A stretch of 64,000 bases of DNA from NCBI GenBank assembly GCA_002269645.1, contig NIVC01000309.1:496001-560000 (forward strand), written 5' to 3'. Shown piece by piece: positions 1 to 46,287 of the stretch. This DNA comes from Macrostomum lignano (taxonomy: Eukaryota). A program made the position numbers and the translations under genes. The notes below the pieces were generated by a model. It saw nothing but the letters and a program-made list of their open reading frames with translations, ran no database searches and had not been told where the DNA came from. Position 1 is the stretch's first letter. The number at the start of each line of letters is the position of its first letter.

Positions 1-462
1 ATACCATTTGCATTGTACTGAAATAATTAGTGCCTATACTGTATACATACACAATTGTTCTTCCTTCATTGTTGCCAGATTTGACTAAGCCTAGGCCTTG
101 TTGCTAGATTGTTGCCAAATTTGTCCATGTCCATGGTGAATCTAAATCTTGAATGCCAAATTTGTTTGTTGCCAAATTGGTCAGCACCTATAGTATGGAA
201 AATGTCTACAAATGTTGGGCCTAATAGTCCTAAATTCTAACACTAACTAAGCCTATTATTTCAAAGGCCTAGGCCCCTATGCCTTGCCCTTGGGTTATAG
301 TCCTATGCTCTTGCCCTTGGCTTGCCCCTAGCTTATTCAAAACTAGCCTATGGCCTATCTAGTTGAAATTTCTGAATATTTGTTAACTATGCAATAAGTA
401 ACCTGTAACCATAGTAAGTGTCTAAGTAACCTTAAATGCTCTTGGACTTGAACCTTAACCTT

Positions 463-834
463 CAGGGTTTTTTTTTGTGCACAGAGTGTGCATATGCACC
501 CTAAATTTTAAAATCGCACCCTGAAATTAAAAAAGTAGGTGCGGTTTAGGTGCAGTCTTATAACCATTTTTCTTTAAAGGCTTAACCATGCTTAAGCTAT
601 TTTTCATGTACTGCCTTAAAATATGAAACAAAATAACTCTTTAAATCCTATTAAGTCATATAGGCAATATAGCCTATGGCTATAGCCTTATGTAAGATAT
701 TAAAATATACATTCCCTTCCCATTTGTCTGAAACAAGACTCAAGAGAAATTGCACTCTGAGCCTTAAAATCGCACCTTGAAATTTGGCACAAGGTGCAAT
801 TTTGCACCTTGTCTCTGGCGAAAAAAAAACCTAG
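463..834 (+). mobile_element. Non-autonomous DNA transposon (hAT-like MITE), copy 1
   Basis: Termini CAGGGTTTTTTT...AAAAAAAAACCTAG form an imperfect TIR. Perfect 8-bp TSD TTAACCTT at 455-462 and 835-842. Near-identical copy at 53524-53880 and partial inverted copy at 51893-52058. Confidence 0.85.
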
Positions 835-3099
835 TTAACCTTAAATTAGGGTCTAGGCCTAACATGGTTAAAATTTAAAATTCTTTCTTATTGGATGTAA
901 GACAGATACTATATAACTAGATAGTTCATTTAGTTAATTTACTCTAAGTTATACTACTATTAGGACTAGCTATTAGTAGCCTAATAAAAATAGCGAAATA
1001 AAGAATCAATTTTGCAAATTTCTATAAAGTAGTTTTTTGATAGCAAGGCTGAGGCCAAGTAATGATAATGACTTATATATTTTGAGAGGATTTTATTTAT
1101 TTTATTTTTAAAATCAAAGTATTTTTATTATTTTTATAATTATTATATCAAATTATGCTTTTATATATTTATACTAATATTGTATAGGCTAAAGGCTAAG
1201 GAATTGTCTTTATAATATTGGAGCCTTTCTCTTCTTAGGAGCTCCTTTAAAAGTTGCATCTTAGACATCTTCTAGCAATAGCTTGCAGCACCTGAAGAAG
1301 ATACATTATTGCATACTAGTTGGCAGTCATTGCTATGTTTCTAGTGGAAAAAGCCCTAACTTTAACTATACTGCTATGAGCCACAATAATAGCCATTACT
1401 GCTTAGTGTTGCTTTGTGACTAGACCAATTTTAAGGCAGCTCTGCTTTTTACAGGGACCCATTGCAATGACTGCTGTTTACTTTCAAGGTCAAAGCTGTA
1501 CACCCAAATCTTGTCTCTACTGATGACCCCCTAGGTGCTTGTTGACCTGCCTTAATTAAATCTATCTAGCTGGGCTTGATACCAATCAGCCTGAGCTTGC
1601 TTTTATGCCTCAGTCAGGTAATGAGGCACTTAGTAGGCAAACACTACTTAGCCTGAGCTTTTCATGCAGAATGCTCAGCATACTTCCCAATGAAATGTCA
1701 ATAGCATTGGATAACTATTGCACAATTGATTATAGATCTTCGGGGATCAATGCCTGCACTGCAGCCATATTTGCATCAGTTGTTAAATAGATACCTCATG
1801 CCACAATGCAGGACAACTTGTTGAAATGTGCATTGCATACTTTTAAATTGCACTTTTAAATTGCTATAGCCTGTAAGCTCTACATCTAGCTCCAGAAATC
1901 CTTTCTATCTATTATCCATTAAGTAACCACCACTTCATCTGCCAAGAATCTATGCATTGCACTAGACTTCTAGTCTTGCTAATGCAAGTGTATGCTTGAC
2001 AGTTTGAGCTATTTGTGCAAGTGGCTGCATATCTTGAGCTGAATATAGAATTTTGCATGGCCATGGCCTATGAAAACTATTTGATTATATATATGATTGC
2101 AAATCACACTGGAAAAATTTAATACATGATCCATGTGGAGAAGGACAAGAAACTAGGCTTTACTAAATGCTCTTAAAGCAAACAAAGACAAAAACTATAC
2201 TTATATTGAGATTGGTTCATAGACTGCATAGTGTGTATACGAGTATTATGGTTTATATAGCCTCCTTAACCCTTTTACCACCCTCCTATCCCCTTTCTAT
2301 GTGGCTTTGTTTGTTGGATTTTACTAAAGTCAAGGTAGTGAAAAAAGTTCTGCTTAGCTAGATGGCTTGTACAGCCCTCAGCCTCCACCCCTTCACCCTC
2401 TCCCCCCATTCAAACTGCTATAAGCTAGCAATAAGGTTGAAAAAGAAAGCATTTAGTGGAAATTTAGGCACAAAAACCTAGCTTAAAGTCAGGAATATAC
2501 ATTGTTTATATGATTGAAAACTTCATTTCTTATCAAGTTAATTTTAATCACTAACAATTATGTTTCTTATAGTTTGCATTTACACTACTATCCTAAGAGT
2601 AGTATTGTTTTTTAACCCTTTGTAAGATGGGGAATGACCTATCTACTTATATAGTATCTATGGCAATATAAAAATAAAGATAAATAGTATATAAAAGGCA
2701 GGGGATAGATCTAGAGGGGGGCCATGGCCAAAAAATTTTTGGGCTATAGTGCTTGGTATAGCTTGTCTCGCCCCAAAAAAATTTTAGATTGGTGCCTAAT
2801 AGAAGGACACTAAGAAAAGGCAGAGGCATGTAATATAGATAATTACTATTTTTGTGGGAGAATTTGTGTTAGTCATAAGATCTTTAGCTCTAGCTAATCA
2901 ATACCAAATATATATGGCTACTAGACATTTCAACTCTAGTATTTATACTCTCTTATTGTATTTCCATTCTATAATTTCCCCTTGGTGGCACGTACGAGTA
3001 ATCTGTGCATTTTCTTTGCATCTATAAAAACAAGAATAAAATTGGGCACATTGACATAGCACTCCAACGAACAAAAACTCCAGCAGAAAATATTCAAAA

Positions 3100-10172
<7,073 letters not shown>

Positions 10173-10326
10173 CAACCATTGCGTTCCGTCTTGCCCTTTT
10201 GCGTTCTTTCGCGCCATTTTGTATAGTGCTTTGTTTACTGCTGCTTTTTGAATATGTGTAGTAGCTCTTTGTCCAACTGCACTAGCCTTTTTTTACGTCT
10301 TTAGGTTTTAGGTTTTTAGATCTTTT

Positions 10327-11078
10327 TAGGTCTTTGTCACCTCTTGCAATATCCCCCGATGCTTCAGTAGGTCTTTGTCCTTACTGGCAATATCCCCTGA
10401 TGCTTCAGTAGGTCTTTGTCACCACTTGCAATATCCCCCGATGCTTCACTAGGTCCTTGTCACCACTTGCAATATCCCCCGATGCTTCACTAGGTCCTTG
10501 TCACCACTTGCAATATCCCCCGATGCTTCAGTAGGTCTTTGTCCTTACTGGCAATATCCCCTGATGCTTCAGTAGGTCTTTGTCCTTACTGGCAATATCC
10601 CCTGATGCTTCAGTAGGTCTTTGTCCTCACTGGCAATATCCCCTGATGCTTCAGTAGGTCTTTGTCCTCACTGGCAATATCCCCTGATGCTTCAGTAGGT
10701 CTTTGTCCTTACTGGCAATATCCCCTGATGCTTCAGTAGGTCTTTGTCCTTACTGGCAATATCCCCTGATGCTTCAGTAGGTCTTTGTCCTTACTGGCAA
10801 TATCCCCTGATGCTTCAGTAGGTCTTTGTCCTTACTGGCAATATCCCCTGATGCTTCAGTAGGTCTTTGTCCTTACTGGCAATATCCCCTGATGCTTCAG
10901 TAGGTCTTTGTCCTTACTGGCAATATCCCCTGATGCTTCAGTAGGTCTTTGTCCTTACTGGCAATATCCCCTGATGCTTCAGTAGGTCTTTGTCCTTACT
11001 GGCAATATCCCCTGATGCTTCAGTAGGTCTTTGTCCTTACTGGCAATATCCCCTGATCCTTAAGTAGGTCTTTGTCAC
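10327..11078. repeat. 41-bp minisatellite (about 18 copies) downstream of the RASSF stop
   Basis: Unit GTCTTTGTCCTTACTGGCAATATCCCCTGATGCTTCAGTAG; period confirmed at 10561 and 10602. Confidence 0.95.
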
Positions 11079-11592
11079 CGCTGGTTCTATGTTTGCTATA
11101 GTTTTTTTACAATTGCTTTTTCGTGAACTTTTCATGTTGTACGCGCGTATTGCAAGAGCAGAATTTCACACCTGCAATCACTCTCGCTGCTATTGTTTTT
11201 TCCAAAGGTTTGAATTTTTCGCTAATCTTATTGACCTGTCTTCTTTAGCATCTCCTAATAGTGAAGCAAAGCTCTATTTGAATCTTCTAAAAGGCAATAT
11301 TTTTTTCGCTTTGCTTATTTTGTATATAGCAACACGTTTGTATATGAATAAACTACTTTCTAGTACGAGTAAAGTTACAAAGTCTTGTACTCGTAAGAGA
11401 ACAGTTATTGTACTATTATGAATTCAAATATAATGTAAAGCATAAAAGTTCTCGAGCTAATGGAATTTTTAATTACAGGCATTTTGCATACTTTTTGAAG
11501 ATTATTATTGGATTGAACTATTTGAAGAAGGTGGGCTAGGACGAGAGGATTAGAATGCTATACCTATTGTCGGCTAAACACATCGATAAAGC

Positions 11593-11998
11593 CAGGCTAG
11601 TCATCTAGTGGTTGTGATGCTTGTCTTCTAATCTAGACTCGTGGGTTCGGATCCATCCAAACAAATTATATGAATAAACACTGCCGGGCGCAGTCTAGCC
11701 TTTTTTGTAAGAGCAAAACAAATTTTGTAGGAAAATCCTCTTGTTTTTACTGACAGTAGACTAATTGTACTTACTTGTAATTATTGTTAAAAACTTATTG
11801 CATCGTTTCACAATCGCTTTGGTTTGTTTAAATTGGCAATATTGACTGCGTGGAAAATGGGCTAGCCAAGCCGAACGGTTACTTCGCTTGTGATCCATTG
11901 GTAAGATGCTTAACTTGAAATTAAGACAAGAGGGTTCGAATCCCTCCAAGCACCCCAAAATCGACTGTCGGCGCAATCTAGCCTTTTTAGAAGTTCGG
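11593..11998 (+). mobile_element. Two degenerate tRNA-derived SINE-like heads (about 11593-11706 and 11888-11998)
   Basis: A-box-like ...TAGTGG / ...CATTGG and B-box GGTTCGGATCC / GGTTCGAATCC. Both are followed by the shared tail GCGCA(G/A)TCTAGCCTTTTT. Confidence 0.45.
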
Positions 11999-12599
11999 TC
12001 ATCACCTAACTGAATCTGCGGATGATGATTTTGAACTTAATAGATAGAATATCTCTAAACAAACAAAAAAGATTAACAAAACGCAGTACTGTATGTTGGC
12101 GTTGATTGTTCTAGTGCAAATTTTACTATTGCCGATATGTATCGTAACAAACTTAACAAAGCGGAAATTACAAATTGCCACGCTTTAAGAATACGAGTAA
12201 TTTTTGTGTGTTAAATTTGTTGTTACGACATTTTTTTTACTTTTAATATGTGTGAACTATAAAATTTACAATAATTCCTAATTCTTAAAAAATTACGAGT
12301 ATATTCAAAGAAATATTTATGATTTGTGGGTACATGTAAGTTCATAAAATTTGTCACTGGGTCATGCCATCAGTTGAAGCATGTAGATAAGTTGCTTACA
12401 CTCTTACTAACAGTAAACGGCTCGCAAACTTGTACATGTATAAGATTTATTTAAACAAATATATTTGGGGGCTTATTCATTAGACCTACACTGCACTACC
12501 TACACTGTTTAGCGCAGATGACGCTCCTGCCCTTGACCAGCTTCGTACGGGGTGCAGCTTGGCCAATTTTTTTGATAATTTACGTACATATAGTATTTC

Positions 12600-13660
12600 C
12601 CTGGCAGATTTGACACGTCCAGAGGGCCGGCCAGGTCTCGTTTGCCGCTAACGGTCGACTCTAGTGCAAAATTTGTGAGTTGGGCTTTTCCTAGTGTCAT
12701 TCTTGCCTTTCAAATGGGAGTCATCGGTTATTACATGCATGTAATTGCCTCCTAGGGAGCCGCTGCTGTATGATGCTTCGTCACTGTCTTGGGCCTTCTG
12801 GACCGTCGGGCGGGTTAGAGTGGATAGTGAATCTACGGATGGTGCTTCTGGCCGGGAGCCATGAGTGCTGGCTGCTTTCCAGTGGACCTTCTCCATTTCG
12901 CTCAGTTTTGCTCAATATCAGGGCAGACCGGCCGTCCAGTTTAGCTTCGACCACACGAGGCGGGGGGCGTGCGTGGTTATAGTCTGTCGGGGGGCACGGC
13001 TGTCCTGGTTCGGACCAGCAGTAGCTTCTCGCGCCTCTATCGTTTGGTCTGGTTGCCGCGAGAGCCGCTGTTGACGTGGGCGCACGGAAGAGCTGTCCAA
13101 CCCAGCGAGCGCCGGGTGAGGCGGCTGCAATTGAGGTGCGCGTGTGGACCACAGGTCTGACATTCCGGGCCTCTGCCGGTTGTTCTGCCGGTGCACACCT
13201 GAGTTGGTTTCGATGCTTCCAACCGGTAGAATTCGCGTACTCTTGTACATTTACGAGGTAGAGTGCAGGAGCTTTATAGGCTCCCGTGAGTTCCCGGAAA
13301 GCGTTTGCGTGATGCATTTTGCATTCCGAAAAAAGGAACCCTCCCAACAGGAACCATCAACGTGGTATCGCGCTGGAAAGCACCACCGGTAAACTACCAA
13401 ACACAATGCTTCGCAACCGCCTGTCTGGGCTAAATCCGTTGCCGCTTCTCAGCTGCCACAATGGTTTTCGGCCGGGCAGATTTACCACTGAGCAAGTTGC
13501 AGCCATCCGGTGCATTTTCGAAACCTTCAAGACGCGCACTAGCGCTCCATAGTGATTAAGTTTGACTTTCGCCAAGCCTTCGACTCGACTGACTGACCAG
13601 CAATTCCGCGGATTCTCTCCTACCACGGCGTTCCCTCGAAATTCTATGATGGATCTGTAC
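12600..13660 (+). mobile_element. Decayed non-LTR retrotransposon (LINE, RTE/CR1-like) ORF2 fragment
   Basis: Frameshifted RT motifs NHQRGIALESTTGKL...RNRL...NGFRPGRFTTEQ (13350-13500) and IVIKFDFRQAFDS...ILSYHGVP (13546-13640). The upstream part is only weakly endonuclease-like, so the left boundary is approximate. Confidence 0.65.
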
Positions 13661-14119
13661 AAGCGACAGCCCTACTGAGGATTTCAGCACATGTATTAAA
13701 GAAAAGCCAATACAAATTAGATACTATTGAATAGCTACAGTTGAAAACTAAAGTAAAACAAATTGACGGATTATCATTTCACTGTTCACTACCATAAAAA
13801 AAAAGTCCATTTAGACAAGACTATCATGCGCATTTTGGGTATGCATTTGCCAAAAGATAATGTATTAGATGTTATATTTTTAAACGTGCTTTCAAAAGAC
13901 TGATTTTGCTCCTTCGGCGAAAACTTTATTTCAATACTCGTAAAGTGCTCTTAACCCGTTCGAAAAAACTGGAAATTCTTGGGACTTTTTGAGTAAAGTA
14001 AAATCTACGAGAATTGGGGACCTCAAACCAAATTAACAAGTTGAGACGGGGCAGTAGCACTAAATAGTTTTAATAAGTTTCAACAAAAACTGCATCTGAG
14101 TTAAACTGTTCAAATTATC

Positions 14120-14125
14120 TTTATT
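14120..14125 (-). promoter_or_regulatory. Candidate polyadenylation signal (AATAAA) of the ap1-like gene
   Basis: AATAAA on the - strand, 15 nt after the TGA stop at 14141. Confidence 0.5.
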
Positions 14126-14140
14126 TAAATAGACTCGAAT

Positions 14141-41953
<27,813 letters not shown>

Positions 41954-42185
41954 CTTCTTCCCAGCTTCGTCAACTTTCTACCTGAGCCGACTCAACCAGG
42001 CCGTCTTATTTCCAACAGATATCTACTTAGTAAATGTTGAAAATTATCTCTGGTTCTCTCGAACGGAGCTGAGGTCTTGTAGTTGCTAACCAAACTATTT
42101 GCAAAATTAGTCGTTAGAAAATCAAATCTCGGACGAGACTTTCAAACGATCGCGAAGGAGCGGTGACTCCGATCCGCAAAGTCAA

Positions 42186-42191
42186 TTTATA
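42186..42191 (-). promoter_or_regulatory. Possible TATA box upstream of ap1
   Basis: TATAAA on the - strand, about 230 nt upstream of the ATG. No transcript support. Confidence 0.25.
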
Positions 42192-43122
42192 ACAAACTTG
42201 GTTGGCGATTTTTTTTCAACCACGTCGGAGCGCCGTTTTGACCAGCTGTCGCGTCAAAAACCAGACCTGTTTTCGACCACACCCACTGCAGTGGACGCCA
42301 TGCCGGTCGTAAAAACCTGCTGCGGCTGCGATCGCCCACATTCGCTAAAGAACTGCTTCAAAAGAAAATTTTCACTCGTCAGCAACTTTTTTAAAGTAGA
42401 AAAAAGTGTTCTCTCCCCTTTGACGGCAACAGCCGATCATCGATTTTATTTTTTCGGATTGACGCAAATGCTCGTCAGCTCATTCGCCGCACAAGCAGCT
42501 AGCAACAGCTTGTTAGTCATCGTAAAATCTTTCTGCAATATCGAATCTGTTGCTACGTGGCGGTCGCTTGAAAATTTCTGCTTACCTTTCAACTTTTTTC
42601 TGTCGTTTATTGCTCAAAACTTTTTTATAGTTTCAGAGGAGGAATAAAGTACCGAAAAGGCGCGAACTAAATTTTGGTGGATTAAAGTTCTGTAAACTTA
42701 CGAATTTACCTTCGTCTGATAGTAGCCTAAAGCTGAATTGTCGCCCTAAAGATGGCTTGTTTGTTTGGGGATGCTTGAACTAAGGACCACTGTACAATCG
42801 TAGTATACCAGAACGTAAAACTCAAGATCCTTGATCTATGCAACATGTTGATTTATCACTGATTATTATGCGATGAAAAAAATGATTGTTTCCTATCCCC
42901 GCAGCGAATTTTTTCAGGGAATAGGCCTCCTAAAATTACACGATCTTCGAGTTTTGCGTCCTGTTATACTATATATACGGTTATGCCTGATGCAACACAT
43001 GATGTACATATGTGGGGACATGCCAATGCTTTGTCCCCCGGCCCCCCACCCCACATTTTTGACCCATTATGGAAATCAATAATTTTGCTTCAGGGTGACA
43101 AAACGTAGCGCCTGCAGCATCA

Positions 43123-43250
43123 AAATGAGTGCCTGTGGCGCTAAAATGAGTGCCTGTGGCCTAAAATGAGTGCCTGTGGCGCTAAAATGAGTGCCTGTGG
43201 CGCTAAAATGAGTGCCTGTGGCGCTAAAATGAGTGCTTGCGGCGCTAAAA
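43123..43250. repeat. 21-bp tandem repeat AAAATGAGTGCCTGTGGCGCT (about 6 copies)
   Basis: Directly visible; probably internal to a small decayed DNA transposon ending ...GGCGACGCCCCTG at about 43370. Confidence 0.85.
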
Positions 43251-43423
43251 TGATTGATGATAACACAGATTCGGAAATAATGTACATTTAGGAATTTAGT
43301 CATGTACATGTACATGTATAATTCTCGGCTTTTGTCCTCCCCCACTATAAAATCCATGGCGACGCCCCTGGTTAAGTGAGTTGGCTTAAAATTTCATATC
43401 ATCTACATGTATAATGTACAGTG

Positions 43424-44712
43424 CAAGGACAACTTGATAACTCAGGACCGGAAACGAGCCAATTCATGGCGAAAAAAGTATGAGGCTCGTTTAAAAGCAT
43501 TGTTCTATGGTTTACCATACTAACAACGCTTCAGTCAAAGATTGATTGTTTAACGATGATTGAAAATTTTGCCATAGACAATTTATTTTATATGTATTGT
43601 ACTAAACGTTCAATGCATGAAAAACATTAGGAATAGAAAATCATAGGAAAGCTACGCATTTTAACACATGCGCTAACAAATACATGGATGAACAAAACAA
43701 AAAGCATAGATGAACTAAATACGCATTTTAACACAAACTGTGCGTTAACAAATTAAGCGTGGAAAAACGTAGAATACGCATTTTTACATACATTTAAACA
43801 AATTAAGCGTGGAAAAACGTAGAATACGCATTTTTACATACATTTAAACAAATTGAGAGCATAGAAAAACGTAGAATATGCACTTTACACACACGTCACC
43901 AAATTGAGCACAGAGAAACAGAATACGCATTTAAGCACACATTTAAGCAAAACCAAGCATAGAATAAACATAGAATGCATTTTAAAATGTGTGTAGTGAA
44001 GCATTAAAAGCAATTAGCTAATTGTTATGACACACCAGCATTTATCAAATCACATTTCTTCTCCCGTGACTTACGTCCCCTTGATTTATTGAAAGGTGCA
44101 ATTATCGAATTTGCCGTTGAAATTGAGAATGATGCTTGTTTTCTCGTCACGGTCCTTAGTTGTCATCTGCACGATCTCAGATGTATCAGCAGCATCACCC
44201 ACGTCACGACAGCAGCTACGGAAGCTCCGGTTGAAACATTGACATGGGATTAGAATGTATCCAGAACCGAATGGTCATCCATCGTAGGATCTTCTAAGAA
44301 ACGGATGAACTCCGCTAGGTCAGCGTCGCCAGCGTGGTCGGTTGCACTCAGCAGAGAAAGGAAATCCATTTCGCTTGAAGACACTCCGTTAAGAGAATCA
44401 GTAGGCAGATTTTTCCAATTTATTAGATGCATTTTAGTGGTTGATGTTAAAGCAAGCAAGCTTATATCAAGCCACAGTCCCCTGCATTTCTCTACTCTAT
44501 TCACTCGATAGTCTATGGTACAGTTGGAATCGCTCCATAGCGCTTCCTATGGCAGTGTCGATGTCGTTGTCAATGTCTATGGCCAAAACCTGCGCAGTCT
44601 AGGACGTTTCTGATTCACTTAGACATCGTTAAACAATGCTTTTTAACGAGCCTCATACTTTTTTCGCCTTGAATTGGCTCGTTTCCGGTCCTGAGTCATC
44701 AAGTTGTCCTTG
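43424..44712. mobile_element. Non-autonomous TIR DNA transposon (hAT- or P-like), 1,289 bp
   Basis: TIRs of about 80 bp: CAAGGACAACTTGATAACTCAGGACCGGAAACGAGCCAATTCA... and ...TGAATTGGCTCGTTTCCGGTCCTGAGTCATCAAGTTGTCCTTG. Perfect 8-bp TSD GTACAGTG at 43416-43423 and 44713-44720. Confidence 0.88.
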
Positions 44713-46287
44713 GTACAGTGATATATGCGTATAGGACTTGGGTTTTAAAATTGACATAAAAATCGGTTTGCAGAAACTATACATTATAAGGTAGGATTAA
44801 GTTGGCCCGGAACATAAAACTATCGAGATTGTGAAATTGAAATTAAACAGTTTAACTTTCGCTACATGTACATTCTACGAATCCCACGGCAGCTGTACAT
44901 GCAAGAGTAGTAACAAAGTATCCTCCTGGAATGTACAGTATAAAGAATCAACAAAATGTAAATGCATGTTGAAGTAGAGGCGTACATGTAGTACATGTAA
45001 GAACAGCTTATGTATTCATATGTAAGCGTACTGCAATCTTAAAATATAGTACATAGATGTACTTGTGGCGTGTAAGTCATTTTCTCCGAAGACTTGACAT
45101 TACATATACAATGTGAACGTACACTACTATTACAGTATTACAATGTCAAAGTCGGTTATTCAAGTCGGCATTAACTTTGAGAATTTTCAAATGTCTTTTG
45201 AAATGTCTACGAGTACGTAATAAAGATACTGTAGTTAATGTTGATATTCTAAATTAAATCTATTGGAGCACTGGATTATTAAAACAAAACGACAATATTA
45301 GCACTCTGAAATATCTCAAAGTATCAGCCTAAATACAGCAACAAAGACCAAGTCTAAAAAGGGCATTTATTATTTTTAATATACAATTCAGAACAGAACG
45401 GGTAAGCGCACAATATTTATTAATAATATTTCAATTAGAAACGATAAACAAGCCCTCTAAAAAGACCAACAGCCTCAATAACTACGGGACCAGGTAGGAA
45501 TTTCTAGCAGTTAAAAACCCTGAAATAAATATAAACAAACAATTTTGAATTGAAAATTTAATGACGCAAGTTAATAAATAATTGTATTCTTATATTATAT
45601 TAACAGAATAAAATCTACTGACAATTTATCTTTGTATCCAAATAATCAAGAGTAATTTCTCAGTTAGCTTCTGGAGTTGTCCCAGAACAGGATGAGGGAC
45701 TTCACAGCTAGGGGAACAAGTTGATGACTCGGTAGGCCTTCCACCTCATAAACCAAAAGCTTGTGCATACGCAAGACTGACGGCTGAGTTAAAATAGAAT
45801 TCACAACACAAGTTTGTAGCAGAGTAAACTATTATAGTAGAGATACACACCAATGAAAATATAGGGAATCAAAGTGATTAATTAGATAACGCAAGTATTT
45901 ATTAATTATTATTACACATAATTTCGGGTATTAGAAGCCGCTGCACAGTTTATAACCTGATTACACTACTTACGAAGTAAGTAGCATCAACGGCGCCACA
46001 GCCGCCGGGATTCTGAAGTAGTGTTTTTATACCTTTTCTAACTTTCAATTTACAAAGGAACATATTTTAGTACGCTGTATTTTGTCGAATCCAAACGAGA
46101 CTTGAGATAATTATCAGAGTTCCTCCTACTAGTGAATTGTTGCCAATAAGTTTGTACTACACAATAATGTACATGCCAACCCCAATAATGGTAGTTTAAA
46201 AAAGTAAAAAGCCACGAATTAGATCCGACCCGTAATTAATTCTTCATCAAGCCTGCAAGGATGTCGGCGCAGAGCCGGCCCTCTCGA

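Noticed and set aside
11593-11998. Functional tRNA genes
   Set aside because: A/B boxes are present, but acceptor and anticodon stems do not pair cleanly and both share a SINE-like tail. tRNAscan-SE would settle it.
42198-42647. 149-aa ORF upstream of ap1
   Set aside because: No ATG start, no domain, and it lies in the likely ap1 promoter region.
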